The notes beneath the pieces are model-generated. The model searched no databases, was not told the DNA's origin, and was given only the letters and a program-made list of their open reading frames with translations. Below, piece after piece: positions 53,421 to 64,000 of a stretch of DNA of 64,000 bases. The position numbers and the translations under genes are program-made. The stretch is from the human T2T-CHM13v2.0 reference genome, Homo sapiens. The stretch lies in NCBI RefSeq assembly GCF_009914755.1, contig NC_060936.1; one strand, 5' to 3'. Within the stretch, counting starts at the first letter, position 1. Every line of letters starts with the position of its first letter.

Positions 53421-55612
53421 GGAGATGAATGGAAAGGGTGCACTGGAGACTGCTGGATGAGATGGAAGCTTCGGGAAACCTCTCTATGCCCCGCAGTGAC
53501 CCTGTCTGTAAAAGAGGAACATCACAACACCTGCCTCACAGTATGCTGTAGATGAACTCAGGTTTAGCCCCACAGATAGGCAGAGCAAGTACCCCAAAAT
53601 GTCAGCTGCTGGCTTCTCCCAGAGAGGCTGCCTGGCCTGGGGACCCCTGAATCTGCAGCTGAACAGAAAAACCACTGCAGACTCTCCCCAGCCTCTGCCC
53701 CGGGCTGCCCGCCCAGGAGCAGGGTCTGGCCTTTAGAAGCTCCCTGGAGGGCGGGGGCACCATCCGCCAGAAGCAATTAATTGCTGGGTCAAGAGATGGT
53801 GAAAGAGATTTGTCACGAGGGCCTGGGGATATTCAGGGTGGGAGGGTGGCCCACACTGATTCAGTTGCCCCACCTTCCACCTCACAAGCAGGCTCCGCCC
53901 CCACTCAAACCCCCAGGACATCCTCCTCTGCCTCCACACCCGCCCGGACCCAGGGTAGGTCAGGGATGCAGCCCCAGCACCCGTGACCTGCTCCCAGGAG
54001 GGACCTGCTTCCACCATTCAGCCGGTGCCCACACACAGGAGGGGACAGCCAGGCACAAGTGGGGCTGACATACAGAGTCCCCGGTGGGCCCCAAATGGGC
54101 CTGAGACCCAGATCAAATCCCTGAGCCATCTCATCTTGGCAGGAGACTGCGACCCCTGTGTGTGCTGCTCAACTTCGCAGAGGCAGTTTCCTCTCGGTGA
54201 AACGGAGGCAATTATATTAGGTGGCTAAAATCAGGCTGGCTCCCGCTCCAGCCCTAGTGCTGTCATTTTTTAAAGCCTGAGGAAGGTGCCTTGCTTCTCG
54301 GAACCTCAGTGTGCCCATCTGTAAAACAGGGATGATGCCAGGGGCTACTCTGAAGAGAAATTTACAACCTGGCACCCAGCAGTGCTCAGTTGAAGCTCAC
54401 CATCGGGGTTCACCAGGCCACCTCCCCAGGGCCCCTTGCCAGCCTGCAACCCTACTGAGACACCAATGTCCCCAGCACCTCGAACACCCAGAAGCGGGGC
54501 CCAGGGGGAGGGAGCAGAGTCTCGGAGGGCCACGATGAGAGGACTGGATAAGAGCCCACCTTCCCTGCCTCCCACCTCCGCAGCAGGCCCAGGGGAAACA
54601 TAGGCTTTGGTGACCACCAGGCTGGGGCCAGAGGCCAGTGACAACAGAAGCACCCAGAGACAAGGCAGCCCCTGACCCAGATCTTCCATGGGCAGGGCTC
54701 TGCAGGAGCCTCTGGTCTGGAGGGGTCCGAGGCACAGGTTTCCCCATGGGTCCCCATCAGCTTTCAGCCCCTGGTGTCCACACCCAATCCCTCCACACCA
54801 ACCCACCGACACACGGGGACCCTCGAAGCCCCCACCACACAGATGGGAAAACCAAGGCCCAAAGACGCCAGGCAAGGGCAGCTCAGCCCGGGATCTTTCT
54901 CATGTACCGGTGAGCTCAGCTCAGCCCGGCAGGCGTTCAGAAGCCCAAGTGGCCCGGCTGGGGTCAGGGCCCTGAGTCAGAGCAAGAAACGCAGCAGAAA
55001 CTGAAACAGCCCAGTGGCCCCACATACTCCACAGAGTGAGCCACGCTGCTTCCCTGCGCCGCCCCGTGCTGGGAAGTTCTTGCTTCTGTGGTCAGGGTGA
55101 GGGTGGGGGTGGGGGACGAGTGGCGTGGAACAGCCTTTCAGCCTGGGGACCCTCTCTGGGCCCGGCAGATGAGCAAAGTTCCATGCACACAGGCAGAGCT
55201 GTGAACTGGCCCCACCTCAGAGTCTCCGTGTCACCCAGGACACATGCAAAGCCACACATTACCTGGGGCAGCAGTTCAGGGGTATGCATAGGTGAAGCAT
55301 AGACAGGCAGGAGAGACCCATCCCAGGCACAGGCTGTTTCTGCTCCCTGCAGGGCTCAGCCTGCAGCAAGGCCACAGAGCACAGGTCTCGTGATCTCAGG
55401 ATAGGGTCTGAGACCCGGGTTCAAAACCTAGCTGCACTGCTTTCTAGCTCTGTGACCCTGGGCACGTGGCTTAACCCTTCCGAGCCTGCCTGTTTCCTCG
55501 CCGTAAAATAGAAACTCAGCTCACAGGGCTGACTCAGAGGCTCAGTGAGCGAATGCCTGCCTACAGTAAGAGTGAATGCCCAGCATACAGTAAGGGCTTA
55601 ATAAATATGTAC

Positions 55613-56781
<1,169 letters not shown>

Positions 56782-56809
56782 CCATTTTTTTAGTTCCCAC
56801 ATTTTTCAA

Positions 56810-57190
56810 ATGGAGAAGAAATTCACATTACATAAAATTAACCACTATAAAGTAGGCAGCTCTGACATTTAGGACATTCCCAGTGCTGTGCGACCATCAC
56901 CTCTATCTAATTCCAAAACATTTTCATCACTCTAAAAGGAGACCCCATCAACATGGAGTAGGTTCTCCCCAGGTCCCCTCCTTCCAGCCTCTGGCAACCA
57001 CCAATCTGCTTTCTGTCTCCATGGGTTTGCCTGTTCTGGGCATTTCATGAAAGTGGAATCGTACACTATGTGGCCTTGTGTGTCTGGCTTCTTTCACTCA
57101 GCATCATGGTTTCAAGGTTCACCCGCAGTGTAGCATGCATCCGTACTTCATTCCTTTTCATGGCTGAATAATATTCCATTGTATGGAGAG
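56810..57190 (-). mobile_element. L1MB-like fragment, sense to NCOR2
   Basis: aattcacattacataaaattaacc, ccatcacctctatctaattccaaaacattttcatcac, ttccttttcatggctgaataatattccattgtatgg. Confidence 0.85.
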
Positions 57191-59310
57191 ACCAATCATA
57201 TATTTTTATATGAGAAAAGTGTGTTATAAAGAATACATATTCATATATATAACAACATATATATAAATACACATACAGAATGAGATATAATTCTAAAACT
57301 TGTAAGGTTATAAAATAACCATAAGAACTATGATGATGTGGAATCTGGTGAAGGAGCCAGCTGGTGGGAGAGAGGGGCCTGGGGTGCCCCAGGCCGGGCA
57401 GGTCCCCTCCTATGGGACCTCTCCTCCACTCTAACTCTCCTCCACATCACATCAGGCCTCCTAAACGTGCACTGAGCTGGGACCTGAATGGCAGCAAGGA
57501 GCCAGCTGTGTCAATATGCAGGGAACAGCATTCCAGGTGGGGGGAAAAACAAACGCGAAGGCCCAGAGGCAGATGCGGTCGGTGAGGGCTGAGGAGCTCC
57601 CGGGTGGCCTCTGAATTTATTCTCAGAGCAGTGGGAAGAGAATGGAGAGTGTGGGGCCAGAGTCTCATGGACCTTCTGATGGGATCCCTCTGGCTGCAAC
57701 TCAGAGACCAGACAGGTGTGACCAGAGTGGACTGGGGACCCCGAAGAGGCTACTGCAGTCGTCCAAGCCAGACGGCGACAGAGTGGGGGTCCGTCATGGT
57801 GCCTGGTCTGCCATTCTTTTCTTTTTGTCATTATTATTGATATGAAAACAGAGGGTCTCGATGGCAATGCTGTTCCCCCCCAAACATAGTTACTGTTTAT
57901 TATTATTCCATCTCACAATAACAGCATATTATCTTTACTGTTCCTGTTATTTTTTTCTGTGCTGTTAGGGCGGGGCGGGGGATCTCCATGGCAGGGTCCC
58001 CACCCCAGGGATGTTTTTGGCTGCCCCATGACTGGCTCATGGCCTTTGGGACAGTCCTACTCCATAAAAGTCACCCTCCCTACACAGTTTTCAAATGACC
58101 TGGCCATTCAAAAAAACCTGCCAGAACCAGTCCAAATACTAGCTGTTTCTTAAATGTCACTCTCCTCTCCCCCCAGCACTGCAGGGCTCTGATCTGCTTT
58201 CTCGCGAATCCACGCTTACTCATTCTGAGTGGGAGCCAGCCACTCCTCCCTCTCATTTCCCCGCTTCCCCTTACCCGACGGTTGGGGCACCGCACAGATT
58301 TTTGCTGTTGTTGTTAATTCTGTGTCGAGTCTAGTCTGTATTAAGGAGGAATTTCATTGCCCAGGAGTAGAGGGGATTTCCCAAGTCTATGGGGTAAATA
58401 TTGTCAGGGTGGTTGGGATGCAGTGTGGCGCTGAGCCAGGGAGCTAACCTCTCTGAGCCTTCGCTGCTTGCCTGGCAATGATGATGGTTGCTGGGTCACG
58501 AGATCACCGAGAGGATCAGATGAATTCACGTGGCATGTGCCGCACTGAGACAGGCAGGCACGCAGCTGAGGGGCTGGCGGTGGGAGGGGCAGGGCCGCGG
58601 CTGGAGGATAAAATCCCACACTCCCCGCTTGGCCGGGTGGCCCACTGCCCGTCTGGCTTTCGAGGAGATAAGCCGCCTGCTCAGGTTCACGTTCGGGATC
58701 AAATGAACCCACTTAATCCCCCTAGGGATCTCTGCTGAGCTGGCTCCTTGGGGGCCTGGGGAGGAAGGCAACTGAGCCCCCTGCAGTAGAAACCCCCACC
58801 CGCGAGGCCAGGCACAGAGAAGGTACCAAGGGCTTCTGCCCCAGCGCCGGGGCACAGCGGGCTGAGGGAGCCCCAGGACAGAAGCGGTCACACATCATGG
58901 GCTCATCATCACAGCCACAGTGACTCCTGACTCCCCACTGCAACCCAGGAGGTAAATGCTATTACGAACACCCTTCTCCAGATGGGGAAACCGAGGCCCA
59001 GAAAGAAAACAGCCCGCCTGAAGGTGACAGAGCGCCTCGCCGTATCACCAGCAACCCCTCAAGATAACCTTATCACGTTTCACGGAGGGAGAGAGGGCGG
59101 CAGGAACGGGGCCTTGAGTCACCACCCTATCCCACTGGGAAGGCAGGGGTGGATGGGCAGAGTGTCACGCCTGCCTAGGGGAAGTACACGCTAGGTACTT
59201 ATGGCAAGTATGTGAATGAACAAAATCTACATGCTGGGCGCAAGCTCCGAGGAAAACTCCTTCGCAGGACCTTTCTCCCCTCCTGAGGTCCCTCTCTAAG
59301 ATCCTGTATC

Positions 59311-59509
59311 GCAGGGGTCTGGCGGGAGTGACTGTGACCCCCAGAGGACCGCAGGCAATGTCTGGAGGCATTTCTGGCGGCAGCAAAGGGGGCTGAGGTG
59401 CTACTGGGGTCTGGTGGATGGAAGCAGGGGTGTTGCCCAGAGCAGCCCCTGCAACAGAGAGTGACCCAGCCCCCCAAAACCCGAACAGTGCCCAGGCTGA
59501 GAACCCTGC
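59311..59509. mobile_element. MER20-like hAT MITE
   Basis: ggcaatgtctggaggcattt...gtgctactgg...cagtgcccaggctgagaaccctg. Confidence 0.7.
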
Positions 59510-61341
59510 CGTTCTTACCAAATGCATGAGAGTGTCAGTTGGGCACCCACTGTGTGCAGGGCCTCCCTGCAGGACACATTCAAGAAGACGAGGTCACAGG
59601 GCTCAGAGAGGCAAGGCTTCCTGCCCCACCTAATGGAAGGAAGGCAGAGGCGGGACCTGAACCCAGGTCCCACTGACTCACAGCCCCACCCCAGCTGCCA
59701 AATACCTGCCCCATCCTTCAGGAGTCTAACCTACTGGGTCTAGAGTGGGGGCTCCACAATCTGTATATCTCATAGCTCCTTCCCCCAGCAGCCACTGGCA
59801 GGGGGAGGATGGTGAACGGGGGGGAGGACAGCTCTGTTCCTTTTCATCAGAAACTACATTGGCCAGGAGGCTGGCAGTCTCTCTCTGGGGGGTAGGAACG
59901 TGGTTGTATTTTTTATGTGCAAGCTTTTCCTTCCTGATTTTCCAGCTTATAGAGAACACATTTGTTCTGCTTCCAAAAACCAAAAACAGTCTTTTATGTA
60001 AAGCAGCTGCCAAACCACATGCCCAGCCTGGCCCTGGGTGGCTCCACTAGGACCTGGCAGGGGGGCCCACACCTCAATGGAGAGAGGGCTGACCCAGCAA
60101 AGCCCCCGTGGAGCACCCCTGGCATCACCAGGAGAAGCCCAGAGCTGGCAAATCCACTGGCCACGGCACCCGGGCACCCAGAGGTGCTCTCTAGAAAGTC
60201 CCCGGCAGCCCCTTCCCATGGCAAGCACCAAGTAGCTTTCTCCAGGAAACACACCAAGCTCACGTCACATCCCCATGACAAAATACTACAAGAAGTTAAA
60301 ATTAGCCAACTGGATCAAAGCTGGTTTGCACCAGCACATGGTGAAAACCTGTAATCATACAGATAAAAATAATGATAGCTAATGCCACGGTTCTGGATGC
60401 TGTGTCTATTACCCTTCTAATTCTCAAAACAACCCTAGAAGGTGAGGACTGCTTAGGTCCTCATTTTACATATTAGGAAACTGAGGCAGAGTCATGTGAT
60501 AAGGTGCATGAGAACAAAGTGTCTGGAACCACTCAGGTCTGCCGCTTGTCTAGCCGAGAAAACGACTGCACTGAATTATATACAAAGCTGTCAATACTCG
60601 ACCACTTTTGACCTACAAAACTAGCAGTCATACGGCTCCCCCAGTAGCAAACAGGAGAGCAGCGCGCACAGATCCACGTGTCCACAGACAAGGCAGGTTC
60701 CCAGGCCGTGCAGCGATACACAGAGGCTCGTGGAAAAGCCCAGGCCCCAGTGAGAGGCGGTGGCCTCCAGGAAGGGGGCTCCCGTGACTTGAAAGTCACC
60801 TGTCATTTTTTTCTCTTTTAACAAAAGCCACCTTAGCTTACAGCCCCGAGTCTGGTGTCCTGGGCTAAGGCTCGGCCGGCCTGGTCTCCCTCTCTCCTCT
60901 CTCCCCTGGCCGCCTCTTTGCCCCCAAGACCCCACATAGTCTGTGACAAGCCAGTGGTCCTCCTCGGGGTCTGGGACCTGGAGTCTCTTCCAGCAGCCCA
61001 GGAGAACCTCTCCCCACTAAGGATCGAGTTTCACTTAATTGCAGGCTTCAGGTTTCTGCATGCAGGCCCAGAGGCCTGGGGGAAGGAGGCGCGGGCCGTT
61101 TTCTTCCTCTTTTTAATAAGCTGGAAGGCAGCAGCATGTGCCCTGCTGTTCTGAGAATCCGGAACACCCGCCCCTTGGGAAAGGCCGCGGCTCCAAGAGC
61201 CCACATGGGAGACCCAGCCGGGAGAAATCAACTGTGGCTTGTCATGAGACATGCTGGGGACTTATTTATTTTCTGGTCAACCATTGGGACCAGGTACTCC
61301 AGCTGGACTTAAGGGATTAAAAAAAAAGAAAAAGTAAAAAG

Positions 61342-61633
61342 GGGCTGGGTGCAGTGGCTCACACCTGTAACCACAGCACTCTGGGAGGCCAAGGCAGGAG
61401 GATCTCCTGAGCTCAGGAGTTCAAGACCAGCCCGGGCAACATAATGACACCTCATCTCTACTAAAAATCAAAACAATTGGCAGAGCATGGTGACATGTGC
61501 CTGTAGTCCCAGCTACTCAGGAGGCTGAGATGGGAGGATTGCTTGAGCCTGGGAGGTCGAGGCTGCAGTGAGCTGCGAATGGAGCTGGACTCCAGCTTGG
61601 GCAACAGAGCAAGACCCTGTCTCAAAAAAAAAA
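61342..61633 (+). mobile_element. Alu (AluJ-like)
   Basis: ggctgggtgcagtggctca...gggaggattgcttgagcc...poly(A). Confidence 0.95.
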
Positions 61634-61929
61634 ACCACTAAAGAAGAGAAAAGAATAAAGAAAGCACAAATGTCTCTCTGCCTCTGTGTGTTTCTTTTAC
61701 ATTTTGCTTTTCACTAGCACAGCCCTTTACCGTTTGCAGGTTTCTCTCTTCACTCTGTGCTCTTCAGCCACAGCCCCCAGGTCAAGGTCAAGAAACTGAG
61801 GGGTCACTTAATTCCAAGGTCACCAATGGTAGGAACGCAGCCATTGTCTCCATGACCACATCACCCACGGCCCTGTTCCCGGTTGCTGGTTCACAGGGAA
61901 ATCACAGGCTCTGTGGGGGCAGCAAGCAT

Positions 61930-62710
61930 CCTCTGTAACAATGACCACAAACTCGGTGACTTAAAACAGCACAAGTTTTTTCGGGGGGGTTAGGAGGTTT
62001 TTTGGTTTTTTGAGACAGGGTCTCACTTGGTCACCCGGGCTGGAGTGCAGTGGCATGATCACAGCTCACTGCAGCCTCCAACTCCAGAGCTCAAGTGACC
62101 CTCCCATCTCAGTCCCCTGATTAGCTGGGACCACAGGTACCATGCCCAGCTAGTTTTCTATGTTTTTTATAGAGACAGGGGGTCCCACTGTGTTCCCCAG
62201 GCTGGTCTTGAACTCCTGGCCTCAAGCGATCCTCCCACCTCAGCCTCACAAAGTGCTGGGGATTACAGGCGTGAGCCACCGTGCCCAGCCAGCATAAGTT
62301 TATTACCTTACAGTTTTGGAGATCCAAGGTCTGAAATGGATCTAACAGAGCTAAATTCAAGGTGTCGGTAGGCTGCATCCAGTCTGGAGACTCTAGGGGA
62401 GAACCTGTCCATCACCCTTTATGGCTTCTAGCGGCTGCCTGCACTCCTTGGCTAATGGCCCCTTCTCCATCCTCAAAGCCAGCAACGCAGCATCTTCAAA
62501 TCTCTCTGACCTCCTGCCTCCTTCTTATAAAGACCACTGTGATTACCTCGAGCCCGGGCAGATAATCTAGGATAATCTCCCATCTCAAGGTCAGCTGGTT
62601 AGCAGCCTTAATTCCATCTGCCACCTTAAATCCCCTTTGCAGCATAAAATAATATATTCACAGCTTCTGAGAATTAGGACATCGTTCGGGGGACCATTAC
62701 TCAGCTTAAC
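61930..62710. mobile_element. MLT1 LTR interrupted by a minus-strand Alu (~61997-62290)
   Basis: gtaacaatgaccacaaactcggtgacttaaaacagc ... cttacagttttggag ... gataatctcccatctcaaggtc; TSD cagcacaagttt/cagcataagttt. Confidence 0.85.
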
Positions 62711-64000
62711 ACAGGCTTCAAAAACAAAAATCTTTAGGCCTCTAGGGAACTCCCAAGGCCCCACCCCACAGATTCTGAACTCCCAACAGGCGATTCCCCA
62801 GGGTCCACGTGCCTCAGTCTCTCCACTGCTACACAGCATGGGTGAGCATGACCAGTGCCAGCACCTGTACGTGAATACACGTCCCCAGCAGTGCAGAGTC
62901 CAGCATCTGATGAAAACGTGATCAGACAGAGCCCTGTGGCCTAACACTAGAGACTTCCCTCTCTAGATTAACAACAAAGAACTTATCAATACTTTTGAGC
63001 AACGTTTTTTTTCTGACCAGTCACAAATGGCCCGATTGTACAGCCCATGCTCTAGTAAGATCCATAAGAAATCCCCCCACTGCTGAAACCTACGCTTCCT
63101 CACGTCCCTGCATGCCAGGTTGCAGAAGGCTTTGCAGGGTAGAGCTGAGCTGCTGCGGGGCACCCACGGGAGGAGACGTCCAAGAGCCCGAGCTGCATGC
63201 GCCCCCACTCCGCAGCTGGTGTCCCTCAAAATGGGGAGTGGGGGAGCTGGGGAACCAGAGGCCACCCAAAGCTGCTCAGGATGTCCTTGGCATGGTCAGC
63301 ACCCTCCCCTGCAGCTCCTGGTGACTACGCTCTCACAAACCCCCACTCAGGAGCCAGGGCCCCGGGGCAGGCCAAAAAGGAACAGGGTGAGCCCTGCCCC
63401 ATAAGCACATAATGGCGTGAGCAGCGTGAACCCTCCTGATGCTTAAAGATGACCGAGGGCACGACAAAACGCCTTCCTTGCTTCAAAGCCCTTTTGCGTC
63501 TCTTTCCTGCCAGAGGTGCCGCGAGGTGGCATCACTCCCATTTCACAGGTCCCAGAGACGCTGTGCAAAAAATCACACAGCAATCTGGCAGTGGGGATGG
63601 GTGTCCAAGGCTCCGTGCCCTCCCCATGGCCCACCTCCCAGTCTGGGGCCCTCCAGGCAGTTCCACATCGTCATGGCCCTCCAGCCTCCCACCACCCAGC
63701 TGGGCATCCAGACAGGGAATATCTCCTCTGGGAAGCTCCCCTCCCCAGGTTCCCTCGGTGCCCCCTCCCACTCAACTCCCCTCTCTCCAAGGCAAAAGCC
63801 AGGCGCCCCCTTCTCAATGTCAAACCTCATGCTGTGCCCTCCGCACCTCCAAGCACCCCCAGGCACTCCTTACAGCACCGCGAGCACAGAGGCGGCCTGG
63901 ACCCACGGACGGGGGCTGTGACACAGAGAGGGCAGCGAGAGCCTGAAGGTCACACAGCAAACCAGAGAGCACACACCCGATGCGCAGCACGCTTCCACCT

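Overview
Primate (almost certainly human) GC-rich genomic DNA from the 5' end of NCOR2 (SMRT, nuclear receptor corepressor 2), transcribed on the minus strand. Two spliced exons are well supported: a 47-nt non-coding exon (44915-44961) and the first coding exon (4498-4719; CDS 4498-4602 = MSGSTQPVAQTWRATEPRYPPHSLSYPVQIARTHT). They are separated by a ~40.2-kb intron. The upstream first exon and the downstream coding exons lie outside the window. The rest is intronic: Alu, MIR, L2, old L1M, MaLR LTRs, DNA-transposon MITEs, micro/minisatellites, and an internal CpG island (~26.7-28.3 kb) that looks like an alternative promoter. Nearly all ORFs in the supplied track are spurious. I see no new protein-coding system. 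The best unexplained signals are: a ~220-bp, ~90%-identical inverted duplication of apparently non-repeat sequence (36452-37473); a well-formed candidate cassette exon (7866-7917); a TATA/Kozak-smORF/splice-donor arrangement in the CpG island; inverted Alus bracketing the 47-nt exon; a uORF just upstream of the start codon; and a DR0 nuclear-receptor element cluster. Repeat boundaries and subfamily calls are by eye and approximate.
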